Source of the DNA: Thermoguttaceae bacterium
GTDB lineage: Bacteria > Planctomycetota > Planctomycetia > Pirellulales > Thermoguttaceae
DNA length: 64,000 bases
NCBI GenBank assembly: GCA_040766885.1
Contig: JAXGPP010000008.1
Coordinates: 373,659 to 437,658, forward strand
Direction: 5' to 3'
Below are positions 1-6,311 of the stretch, piece after piece (position 1 is the first letter of the stretch; each line of letters starts with the position of its first letter). Under the pieces are notes generated by a model. That model did not search any database, was not told the origin of the DNA, and was given only the letters and a program-made list of their open reading frames with translations. A program made the position numbers and the translations under genes.

Positions 1-320
1 TTGGCTGAGGATGTAGCTTGTAGCGAGAGTGTCGCTGGCGGCGGCCCGGCGGTCGGTGATCAAGATCGCTCGGTCGGCGCCCCGGTACAAGCAAGCGCGA
101 AGCACGTCCCCCGCCTTGGGCGGACCCATGCTCACCGCGGTTACCGTCCCGCCGAAACGGTCGCGGACCTCCAGGGCGGTCTCCAGGGCGTTTAAATCTT
201 CAGGATTGAAGATCGCCGGCAGCGCCGCACGGTTCACCGTCCCGTCTTCCTTCATGGAGTCGGCGGTCACGTTCGCCGTGTCGGGAACCTGTTTGACCAG
301 CACAATACTGTCGTAAGCCA
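1..320 (-). CDS. etfB: Electron transfer flavoprotein beta subunit (EtfB/FixA-like). N-terminal part only; the gene continues beyond the window start.
   Basis: The reverse-strand translation from a GTG at 320 reads VAYDSIVLVKQVPDTANVTADSMKEDGTVNRAALPAIFNPEDLNALETALEVRDRFGGTVTAVSMGPPKAGDVLRACLYRGADRAILITD. This is the classic EtfB N-terminus (KQVPD ... NP.DL.ALE.AL). Confidence 0.6.
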
Positions 321-658
321 CAGATAGCGCTCCGCAAGCCGCGTTAGGTGAAAGTTGGGAAAATATCAGGCATCTACGGGTCGGTCAAGAGCCGATCGCT
401 GTGGCCTTAGGGCAAATTGGATAATTTGTTGGCTGTAGGAAGAATGCGGCCGCGCAGGTAGCCCTGCATGCGTACAAGAACTACCTCTGCGGCAGCGTTC
501 TCAACTCGAAAGGGTCCATCTTAGCCTCTAATCCTCGGTTGGGGCATGCATCTAATTGAGTTGCTATGCGAGGTCACATGTCCTAAAATCGACACCTTCA
601 GGTGACATCGGTTTGATTCAGCATTGCTAGCTCTTCTTTTTCACTATCCACCCTACAG

Positions 659-2599
659 ATGCATAACTCCCCTGATCTCACCTCTGCAGCCTCTGGTGGC
701 CATTGGTCGCCGACGTCCTGTGCAGCTATTACCGAGGTATTGTGGCTGGCGGGCCAAGCGACGGATCGAGGTGCGTTTCTCGGCACGGCTTTGCCGGTGG
801 TGGTTTCTGCAGTGGCGGCCGACTCGGCTGTGGTGATAACCGCGGTTTCGGGCCGGTGGAACATAGGGAGCCAGATCGGTCCGCGTCAGGTGCTTCCCAC
901 CGATCTCCTGGCCGATGCCCTCGACCGCGAGCAGTTGCGGACCGACGGCCTCTGGGTGGCGGCGCCGCTGCCTGGCGAGCGTGAGGCGGCCGAGTCGTTA
1001 GCCCTGCACTTTGGCAGCACGGCGGCCGCACGGCAGGGTGTGGAGATTGCGAGGGAACTCGTGCCGGTGTTGGCCGAAAGCCTGCGGGCGGTGGACCGGC
1101 GCCAGCGCGATTCGCGGCGACTTGAGCGCCTGGAGGCGATTCTGGAAATCGCCGGGCACTGGAACCGTTCCACGCAACTCGAACCGCTACTCATTGCCAT
1201 GGCTGAGGCCGCTACGCGGCTGTTCGGCGCCGACCGGGCAAGTATTTTTCTCTGGGACCGCGCCAGCCGCACTCTCGTCGGGCGGCCCGCTCTGGGCGCA
1301 CCGGGTGGCGAGCTTCGCATACCCGACAATCGCGGCATCGTCGGGCAGGTGATCCAATCGGGTGAGCCGCGGCGGGCCGACACCGCCACCGCCGCCAAAG
1401 AAATCGACCGCCAGGTCGATCAGAAACTGGGATACCAAACGCGGACTCTCCTCTGCGTGCCGCTCCGCAGCCGAGCAGGCGAACTGTTCGGAGCTTTCGA
1501 GCTCATCAACAAGCTATCGGGCAACTTCACGGCCGATGACGAGGAGGGGCTCATCGAGCTGGCGGACCACGCCGCCACCGCGCTGGAAAACGTCCGCGAT
1601 CGGGAACACCTGCTGCTCACGAGCCGACAGCTCAGCGAGCAGGCCGCCGGCAAGGTGCAGCTCATCGGGCAGAGCAAGGCGATCGATGCGCTGCGGTCGG
1701 TCGTCCGCCGCATCGCCGACACGGAACTGGCCGTGCTCGTCCTCGGCGAAAATGGCACCGGCAAAGAGGTGGTCGCGCAGTCCATTCATTACCTTAGCCG
1801 CCGACGGAATAAACCTTTCATTGCCGTCAACTGTGCAGCGATCCCCGACACGCTCGCCGAGAGTGAGCTGTTCGGCCATGAAAAAGGCGCCTTCACCGAC
1901 GCCCACGAGCCGCGGCTGGGCAAGTTCGAACTAGCCGCCGATGGCACGCTCTTTCTCGACGAGATCGGCGATCTCAGTCTCGCCGGGCAGGCCAAGCTCC
2001 TCCGCGTGCTTGAGGAGAAGGTTCTCGTCCGCGTCGGCGGCTCCCGACCGATCCACACCGACGCCCGTGTCTTGGCCGCCACGAACCAGGACCTTGCCGA
2101 AATGGTTCGGCAGAAGAAGTTCCGCGAGGACCTCTATTTCCGTCTCAACGTGGTGACGCTCGACATCCCGCCGTTGCGTGAGCGGCCGGAAGACATCATG
2201 CTATTGGCCGATTTCTTCCTGCAGGACTTTTGCCGCAAAGCCCGCCGGGCCGTTCCCCAATTCACTGCTGCCGCGCGCACTCGGCTTGAATCGCATTCCT
2301 GGCCGGGCAATGTCCGCGAACTGCGGAACCTCATGGAGCGGCTGGCGTACCTTTCTTCCGAGGACCGCATCGAAGCCAACGACGTGGCCTTTATTCTCTC
2401 TCCGCGCGGCGCCGCCGAGCCCAGTTTCCATGTCGACCGCCCCCTGGCCGACGCCACATCCGATTTTCAGGCCGAGTACATCCGCCGGGCAATCGAACGC
2501 TGCGGCGGCAACATGAGCCACGCCGCCACCCTCCTCGGCCTGCACCGCTCCAACCTCTATCGCAAGATGCGCCAACTCGGCATGCCCACTCCCAACTGA
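659..2599 (+). CDS. Sigma-54-dependent transcriptional activator (NtrC family): N-terminal GAF-like sensor region, AAA+ sigma-54 interaction domain, C-terminal Fis-type HTH.
   Basis: ORF of 646 aa. Motifs present: ELAVLVLGENGTGKEVVAQSIH (Walker A), ESELFGHEKGAFTDA (GAFTGA-type sigma-54 contact), DEIGDLSLAGQAKLLRVLEE and RLNVVTLDIPPLRERPEDI. The C-terminus has the Fis-like HTH NMSHAATLLGLHRSNLYRKMRQLG. The true start may lie downstream of 659. Confidence 0.8.
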   Translation: MHNSPDLTSAASGGHWSPTSCAAITEVLWLAGQATDRGAFLGTALPVVVSAVAADSAVVITAVSGRWNIGSQIGPRQVLPTDLLADALDREQLRTDGLWVAAPLPGEREAAESLALHFGSTAAARQGVEIARELVPVLAESLRAVDRRQRDSRRLERLEAILEIAGHWNRSTQLEPLLIAMAEAATRLFGADRASIFLWDRASRTLVGRPALGAPGGELRIPDNRGIVGQVIQSGEPRRADTATAAKEIDRQVDQKLGYQTRTLLCVPLRSRAGELFGAFELINKLSGNFTADDEEGLIELADHAATALENVRDREHLLLTSRQLSEQAAGKVQLIGQSKAIDALRSVVRRIADTELAVLVLGENGTGKEVVAQSIHYLSRRRNKPFIAVNCAAIPDTLAESELFGHEKGAFTDAHEPRLGKFELAADGTLFLDEIGDLSLAGQAKLLRVLEEKVLVRVGGSRPIHTDARVLAATNQDLAEMVRQKKFREDLYFRLNVVTLDIPPLRERPEDIMLLADFFLQDFCRKARRAVPQFTAAARTRLESHSWPGNVRELRNLMERLAYLSSEDRIEANDVAFILSPRGAAEPSFHVDRPLADATSDFQAEYIRRAIERCGGNMSHAATLLGLHRSNLYRKMRQLGMPTPN

Positions 2600-2755
2600 T
2601 CCCACCGATGGTGAGGTTGGCCAACCGCCGAACAAGAACCAGTTGCCGCAACCCGCCCGCCATCTTTCACTAAACCTCCCCGCTTCACCCGCCCGCCAAA
2701 AACCAAATCGAACCCTTGAGCGCCGCCCTGAAACGGGTATCATTAACCTTTTCCC

Positions 2756-2828
2756 GCCCCCTTAGCTCAATCGGCAGAGCATCTGACTCTTAATCAGAGG
2801 GTTGATGGTTCGAGTCCATCAGGGGGCA
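2756..2828 (+). tRNA. tRNA-Lys(CTT), canonical
   Basis: Acceptor GCCCCCT/AGGGGGC. D-arm TAGCTCAATCGGCAGAGCA. Anticodon stem TCTGA/TCAGA with loop CTCTTAA (CTT). T-arm GATGGTTCGAGTCCATC. Discriminator A; no encoded CCA. Confidence 0.85.
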
Positions 2829-3396
2829 CTCAACACAAAGCCTTTCGCAGAAATGATTTGCGAATGGCTTTTTCTGTGCGCTTGCCAAGGGCGTTGGATT
2901 CGCCATCTAATGCAGCTTGCCGATTGCCTGTCCGGAAGAGGGGGGCGGCAACTACATCCCGCCTGACTCCCGACGACGAACCAGCGCGGCACCGCGCCCC
3001 CTGTCGGTCTCCCCCTGCTGGAACTCGTGTCGTTGGATGCTGATCTCCCGCAGCTGCCGAAACTTGGCCCATCGTCGGCGGCAGAACGGCCGGATGATTT
3101 TCGTGCACCGGTGGGAATACACACCCGTCGAAGCGCGTCCTTATAAGAGGTGCAGCCGCTTCTGCACAAAAGCCGACGAACCTTTTCGTAGTTCGCGGCG
3201 TCTATCAGTATCAGACGGGTGGAGAGAGTTTCAGGCGATCCAAGAGACTGCGAGAAGGGTGATGACTTCGTTCCGGTTGGGTATTACGAGCGAACCAGGA
3301 TGCAAAGGGCGATATGCCGATCAACCGGCGAATACCCTGCCCATGCATCCTTTGCGCTTGTGACGCTTGACCTTACGTCAGCGAGGGAAATAGAAA

Positions 3397-3428
3397 CCCG
3401 GCGTCACAAACGACGCCGGGTTTTTTGT
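3397..3428 (+). terminator. Intrinsic (rho-independent) terminator: hairpin followed by a T-run, separating the upstream non-coding stretch from the tRNA array.
   Basis: CCCGGCGTC-acaaa-GACGCCGGG forms a 9-bp GC stem, followed by TTTTTTGTT. Confidence 0.6.
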
Positions 3429-3429
3429 T

Positions 3430-3502
3430 GGGCTGGTAGCTGAGACGGTGTAGCGCCTGGCTGAAGACCAGGAGACGAGGGTTCGATTCACCTCCCGGCC
3501 CA
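3430..3502 (+). tRNA. tRNA-Phe(GAA)-like with a non-canonical D-loop and T-loop
   Basis: Acceptor GGGCTGG/CCGGCCC (one G-U). Anticodon stem CCTGG/CCAGG with loop CTGAAGA (GAA). T region GAGG-GTTCGATTCA-CCTC, i.e. an enlarged loop. Discriminator A. Confidence 0.55.
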
Positions 3503-3560
3503 CTGCGATCCGCCTGCGCGCCACCAGTAATTTGGCCACGTGGAATGTGCGCGCCGACAC

Positions 3561-3634
3561 GGCTCGTTCGTCTATCGGTACGAGGACGCCGGCCCTTCAA
3601 GCCGGAAAGGCGGGTTCAACTCCCGCACGAGCTA
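3561..3634 (+). tRNA. tRNA-Glu(TTC)
   Basis: Acceptor GGCTCGT/ACGAGCT. Anticodon stem CCGGC/GCCGG with loop CCTTCAA. T-arm GCGGG-TTCAACT-CCCGC. Confidence 0.65.
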
Positions 3635-3744
3635 CTGAGGACCGAACGGGGCAAAGGAAAGGGTATCGCCTGGTCGTTGGGAGCACGTAGACGCAACCTT
3701 CGAGACCTGCCATCCCGACTGGATTGGCAACGACTTTGGCACAT

Positions 3745-3816
3745 GGTAGTCGAGGGCCGGTTGCCCGAACACGGCTGATAACCGCGTAGTGCTGAGTTCG
3801 ACTCTCAGGGCTACCA
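3745..3816 (+). tRNA. tRNA-Ile(GAT)-like
   Basis: Acceptor GGTAGTC/GGCTACC (one G-U). D-arm GGGC-CGGTT-GCCC. Anticodon loop CTGATAA on a 4/5-bp stem. T-arm CTGAG-TTCGACT-CTCAG. Confidence 0.55.
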
Positions 3817-3881
3817 CTGGACGCGAGGAGCAATGGCATGACACATAGACGACTCAAACGCATACATCCGGCCCGAATTTC

Positions 3882-3953
3882 GGGGTCGTGGTGCAATGGC
3901 AGCACACCGGACTTTTAATCCGGCAGGTGAAGGTTCAAGTCCTTTCGGCCCCA
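3882..3953 (+). tRNA. tRNA-Lys(TTT)
   Basis: Acceptor GGGGTCG/CGGCCCC. D-arm TGGTGCAATGGCAGCACA. Anticodon stem CCGGA/TCCGG with loop CTTTTAA. T-arm GAAGG-TTCAAGT-CCTTT. Confidence 0.65.
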
Positions 3954-3963
3954 CTCATGAGCG

Positions 3964-4036
3964 TGCAGGCCAAAAGAAGAGCAGATTCGTTGGAATAGCG
4001 TGGCCGGAAGTTCGACTCTTCCCGCGCCTGCTGCCA
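3964..4036 (+). ncRNA. Aberrant tRNA-like element: acceptor plus an extended T-arm, with an encoded 3' CCA, but no recognisable D-arm or anticodon arm.
   Basis: T-arm GCCGGAAG-TTCGACT-CTTCCCGC. The 3' side GCCTGCT-G-CCA pairs with the 5' TGCAGGC. The 32-nt body does not fold into D and anticodon arms. Confidence 0.35.
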
Positions 4037-4052
4037 ACGACATGTACAGAAA

Positions 4053-4125
4053 GGGATCAAGGTGTTAGCGGCAGCATAGCGGACTCTTAATCCGCGAGGT
4101 GAGGGTTCAAGTCCCTCTGGTCCCA
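4053..4125 (+). tRNA. tRNA-Lys(CTT), second copy
   Basis: Acceptor GGGATCA/TGGTCCC. Anticodon stem GCGGA/TCCGC with loop CTCTTAA. T-arm GAGGG-TTCAAGT-CCCTC. Confidence 0.7.
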
Positions 4126-4136
4126 CTGAGAGAATC

Positions 4137-4208
4137 GCACTGGTCGTCCAGTGGCAAGGACACCGCACTCGTAACGCGGCAACGTGGGTTCGACTCCCAC
4201 CCGGTGCT
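4137..4208 (+). tRNA. tRNA-Thr(CGT)-like
   Basis: Acceptor GCACTGG/CCGGTGC (one G-U). T-arm GTGGG-TTCGACT-CCCAC. Anticodon loop CTCGTAA on a 4/5-bp stem CCGCA/CGCGG. Confidence 0.55.
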
Positions 4209-4240
4209 CTTGATCTTTGACAATCCGACACGCTTGTAGC

Positions 4241-4311
4241 GCGCCCATGATGTAGCGGCAGCCTGCCGCCTTGCCGAGGCGGAAGTGCGGGTTCAACTCC
4301 CGCTGGGCGCT
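4241..4311 (+). tRNA. tRNA-Gly(GCC)
   Basis: Acceptor GCGCCCA/TGGGCGC. Anticodon stem CCGCC/GGCGG with loop TTGCCGA. T-arm GCGGG-TTCAACT-CCCGC. Confidence 0.65.
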
Positions 4312-4320
4312 CTTGATCGA

Positions 4321-4414
4321 CAGGACGTAGGAAAGTCTGGTATTCCGCCGGGCACCGACGCGCAGCGTTGGTTGCGGGCGCACGAGATCGCCGGTTCAAA
4401 TCCGGCCGTCCTGA
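4321..4414 (+). tRNA. Class-II-length (94-nt) tRNA-like gene; anticodon arm not resolvable
   Basis: Perfect 7-bp acceptor CAGGACG/CGTCCTG. D-arm GGAA-AGTCTGGTA-TTCC. T-arm GCCGG-TTCAAAT-CCGGC. The internal 40 nt does not give a canonical anticodon stem-loop. Confidence 0.4.
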
Positions 4415-4421
4415 CTCTCGT

Positions 4422-4496
4422 TGCGGTGGGACCCGTGCTGGTACGGGTAGGCGGCTGTTAACCGCCCCGACGCAGGTTCGATTCCTGCCACCGCAG
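4422..4496 (+). tRNA. tRNA-Asn(GTT)
   Basis: Acceptor TGCGGTG/CACCGCA. D-arm CCCG-TGCTGGTA-CGGG. Anticodon stem GGCGG/CCGCC with loop CTGTTAA. T-arm GCAGG-TTCGATT-CCTGC. Confidence 0.7.
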
Positions 4497-4559
4497 CCTT
4501 TGGGAGAAAACAGAAGGTCAAGCCGGACCACCGCCGCGCGGCAGCACCCGCGATGCCAC

Positions 4560-4616
4560 TACGTTCGAAGCGGGACGAGCTTTGCGGTCTGGAGGGTTCG
4601 GCTCCCTCACCTTCCG
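4560..4616 (+). ncRNA. Truncated tRNA-like fragment (T-arm plus a short acceptor-like helix)
   Basis: T-arm GAGGG-TTCGGCT-CCCTC. The flanking AAGCGGG ... CCGCTT could pair as a minihelix. No D or anticodon arms. Confidence 0.3.
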
Positions 4617-4624
4617 CTTGCGAC

Positions 4625-4697
4625 GCGCCCTTGGCCGATCGGCACGAGGCATCAGCCTTCCACGCTGAACAGGCGGGTTCGACTCCCGCAGGGCGCT
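4625..4697 (+). tRNA. tRNA-Gly(TCC)
   Basis: Acceptor GCGCCCT/AGGGCGC. Anticodon stem TCAGC/GCTGA with loop CTTCCAC. T-arm GCGGG-TTCGACT-CCCGC. Confidence 0.65.
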
Positions 4698-4713
4698 CTC
4701 GCAGCGACAATGA

Positions 4714-4784
4714 TCGGGGATCGGCTAGCGGCAGGCCATCTGGCTTTGAACCAGAAAGTGGAGGTTCGACCCCTCCTCCCCGAA
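4714..4784 (+). tRNA. tRNA-Gln(TTG)
   Basis: Acceptor TCGGGGA/TCCCCGA. Anticodon stem TCTGG/CCAGA with loop CTTTGAA. T-arm GGAGG-TTCGACC-CCTCC. Confidence 0.65.
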
Positions 4785-4822
4785 CATGCAGGCGGACGAC
4801 TGTGTCTCGATAGGCAACACAA

Positions 4823-4893
4823 TGCGGGATCATCCAACGGCAGGATGCGACGCTCTGAACGTCGTCATGTTGGTTCGAGTCCAGCTCCCGCAG
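4823..4893 (+). tRNA. tRNA-Gln(CTG)
   Basis: Acceptor TGCGGGA/TCCCGCA. Anticodon stem CGACG/CGTCG with loop CTCTGAA. T-arm GTTGG-TTCGAGT-CCAGC. Confidence 0.65.
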
Positions 4894-5003
4894 CTTGGTA
4901 TGACGAACAACAAAGTCCGTGAGGGCCTGGAAATCGCGAAACCCGAATAATGACGCGCAACTCTGTTGTTCATTATTCGTCATCCGAATTCCTGCTTCCC
5001 CTC

Positions 5004-5074
5004 GGGGTCATGGTCCAACAGGACGACGCTGGCTCCGCAAGCCAGAGATCCGGGTGCGATTCCCGGTGACTCCA
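5004..5074 (+). tRNA. tRNA-Ala(CGC)-like; the T-loop reads TGCGATT rather than TTC...
   Basis: Acceptor GGGGTCA/TGACTCC (one G-U). Anticodon stem CTGGC/GCCAG with loop TCCGCAA. T-arm CCGGG-TGCGATT-CCCGG. Confidence 0.6.
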
Positions 5075-5085
5075 CTTGAAAGCGC

Positions 5086-5157
5086 AGCCCCGTGGTCCAA
5101 CGGCCACGACGCCTGGCCTACACCCAGGAAACGATGGTTCAACTCCATCCGGGGCTA
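5086..5157 (+). tRNA. tRNA-Val(TAC)
   Basis: Acceptor AGCCCCG/CGGGGCT. Anticodon stem CCTGG/CCAGG with loop CCTACAC. T-arm GATGG-TTCAACT-CCATC. Confidence 0.7.
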
Positions 5158-5253
5158 CTGTGGCAATGATGGAGTAGCAGCGCTGAATGATGAAACGTGA
5201 GCTCCCCCTGGGCACTTCATCATTCATCCTTCGATATTCATCATTCTGCGTCC

Positions 5254-5328
5254 GTCCTCGTGGAGCAGTCCGGAGTGCTCGCCTGCCTGTCACGCAGGAG
5301 ATCGCGGGTTCAAATCCCGTCGAGGGCG
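5254..5328 (+). tRNA. tRNA-Asp(GTC)
   Basis: Acceptor GTCCTCG/CGAGGGC (one G-U). D-arm GAGC-AGTCCGGAGT-GCTC. Anticodon stem CCTGC/GCAGG with loop CTGTCAC. T-arm GCGGG-TTCAAAT-CCCGT. Confidence 0.65.
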
Positions 5329-5342
5329 CTTTCGACAGTAGC

Positions 5343-5417
5343 GGCGCGGTACGCAAACCGGCAAAGCGGCGAAGCTCAAATCTTCGTGACCTGCGGGTTC
5401 GACTCCCGCCTGCGCCA
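5343..5417 (+). tRNA. tRNA with a Leu anticodon (CAA) but a type-I body (short variable loop)
   Basis: Acceptor GGCGCGG/CTGCGCC (one G-U). Anticodon stem CGAAG/CTTCG with loop CTCAAAT. Variable region only ~6 nt. T-arm GCGGG-TTCGACT-CCCGC. Confidence 0.55.
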
Positions 5418-5427
5418 CTGAGAACAT

Positions 5428-5511
5428 GCGTCGGCTGGGCATCGGCGTGCCCAACTGCCTGTAAAGCAGCCAGCCCGCAAGGCTATGCAGGTTCAACTCC
5501 TGCCCGGCGCA
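5428..5511 (+). tRNA. tRNA-Tyr(GTA), class II with a long variable arm
   Basis: Acceptor GCGTCGG/CCGGCGC (one G-U). Anticodon loop CTGTAAA. Long variable arm CCAGCCCGCAAGGCTAT. T-arm GCAGG-TTCAACT-CCTGC. Confidence 0.7.
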
Positions 5512-5521
5512 CTTTCAACAT

Positions 5522-5594
5522 GGCCCGTTCATCTATTGGCGAAGGACATCGGCCCCTCACGCCGGAAAGGCGGGTTCGATTCCCGCACGGGCTG
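5522..5594 (+). tRNA. tRNA-Glu(CTC)
   Basis: Acceptor GGCCCGT/ACGGGCT. Anticodon stem TCGGC/GCCGG with loop CCCTCAC. T-arm GCGGG-TTCGATT-CCCGC. Confidence 0.65.
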
Positions 5595-5602
5595 CTGAGC
5601 AT

Positions 5603-5684
5603 GACCAAGTGGCGCAACTGGAAGACGCGCGACGCTCAGAACGTCGTGCCGCAAGGCATGGGAGTTCGAATCTCCCCTTGGTCA
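5603..5684 (+). tRNA. tRNA-Leu(CAG), class II
   Basis: Acceptor GACCAAG/CTTGGTC. Anticodon stem CGACG/CGTCG with loop CTCAGAA. Long variable arm TGCCGCAAGGCAT. T-arm GGGAG-TTCGAAT-CTCCC. Confidence 0.7.
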
Positions 5685-5793
5685 CTCTTGGTTACGTGGT
5701 TGGTTGTGCGGCACTTCCCTGCGGTCTCGACCGCGAAGCCGGGCTCGTTACACTCGCCCTTGCCTCATTCTCGGCCCGGCAACCAAAAGGCAT

Positions 5794-5863
5794 TGCAGGC
5801 GCGGCAGGTGCCGAACTGGCTCCCATAAGGCCGGTGCGCCCGGTTCGATACCGGGGCCTGCAA
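5794..5863 (+). tRNA. tRNA with a CAT anticodon (Met or Ile2), with an unusual CC at positions 32-33
   Basis: Acceptor TGCAGGC/GCCTGCA. Anticodon stem TGGCT/GGCCG (two G-U) with loop CCCATAA. T-arm CCCGG-TTCGATA-CCGGG. Confidence 0.55.
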
Positions 5864-5879
5864 CTTTGAAAAACACGCT

Positions 5880-5948
5880 GCGGGTGGGCGCAGGCTCAAC
5901 CGGGCTTCATAAGCCTGGAATGTCGGGTGCAACTCCCGGACCCGCCAC
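5880..5948 (+). tRNA. Second CAT-anticodon tRNA-like gene (69 nt, degenerate)
   Basis: Acceptor TGCGGGT/ACCCGCC (one mismatch). Anticodon region GGC-TTCATAA-GCC. T-arm TCGGG-TGCAACT-CCCGG. Confidence 0.45.
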
Positions 5949-5953
5949 TTGCG

Positions 5954-6027
5954 ACCGGGTACGCGAATTGGCATAGCGACGAGGTCGAGGGCCTCGTGTC
6001 TGTGGGTTCGACTCCCACTCCGGTCAC
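5954..6027 (+). tRNA. tRNA with a Leu anticodon (GAG) but a type-I body
   Basis: Acceptor GACCGGG/TCCGGTC (one G-U). Anticodon stem (A)CGAGG/CCTCG(T) with loop TCGAGGG. 5-nt variable loop. T-arm GTGGG-TTCGACT-CCCAC. Confidence 0.55.
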
Positions 6028-6040
6028 TGACTGCACGACG

Positions 6041-6111
6041 GGCTCGTGGTCCAACGGGACGACACCAGCGCGGCATGCTGGAAACGCGGGTTCAACTCCC
6101 GCCGGGTCCAT
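6041..6111 (+). tRNA. tRNA-Ala(GGC)-like
   Basis: Acceptor GGGCTCG/CGGGTCC (two G-U). Anticodon stem CCAGC/GCTGG with loop GCGGCAT. T-arm GCGGG-TTCAACT-CCCGC. Confidence 0.55.
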
Positions 6112-6117
6112 TGGTTA

Positions 6118-6215
6118 AAAGCAATCAGCTTTCAGCTTTCAGCTTTCAGCTTTCAGTGATGAGTGTAAATCGGACGGCTGAAAGCTGACCGCTGAGAGCT
6201 GATAGCTGCCCATAT
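6118..6215. repeat. Heptamer tandem repeat (TCAGCTT)x4 followed by its imperfect inverted complement, which could form a long hairpin
   Basis: The sequence is cagctttcagctttcagctttcagctttcag ... ggctgaaagctgaccgctgagagctgatagctg. Confidence 0.7.
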
Positions 6216-6290
6216 GGTGTTCGTGGTGTAGCGGTCGCTGCATGGCTGGCTGTGAACCAGCAGGTGGGAGTTCGACTCTCCCCGGGCACC
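6216..6290 (+). tRNA. tRNA-His(GTG) with the G-1:C73 hallmark
   Basis: An extra 5' G(-1) at 6216 faces discriminator C6290. Acceptor GTGTTCG/CGGGCAC. Anticodon stem GCTGG/CCAGC with loop CTGTGAA. T-arm GGGAG-TTCGACT-CTCCC. Confidence 0.75.
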
Positions 6291-6311
6291 CCTTTCGGAA
6301 AGGAGATCACG

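Noticed and set aside
2600-2756. A sigma-54 -24/-12 promoter upstream of tRNA-Lys and the array.
   Set aside because: A manual scan found no TGGCAC-N5-TTGC-spaced element. This was left as an untested hypothesis rather than a feature.
4321-4414. The 94-nt class-II tRNA-like gene as tRNA-Sec (selC), since a Sec-containing selD is in the window.
   Set aside because: It has a 7-bp rather than 8-bp acceptor, no TCA anticodon anywhere in its body, and its D-stem is not the 6-bp Sec type.
3400-6260. Long six-frame ORFs across the tRNA array, e.g. 4368-4922, 4396-4983, 5187-5828 and 6153-6677.
   Set aside because: They run through back-to-back tRNA structures on both strands. They have Arg/Pro/Gly-rich low-complexity translations with no RBS or domain. 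They are artefacts of high GC.
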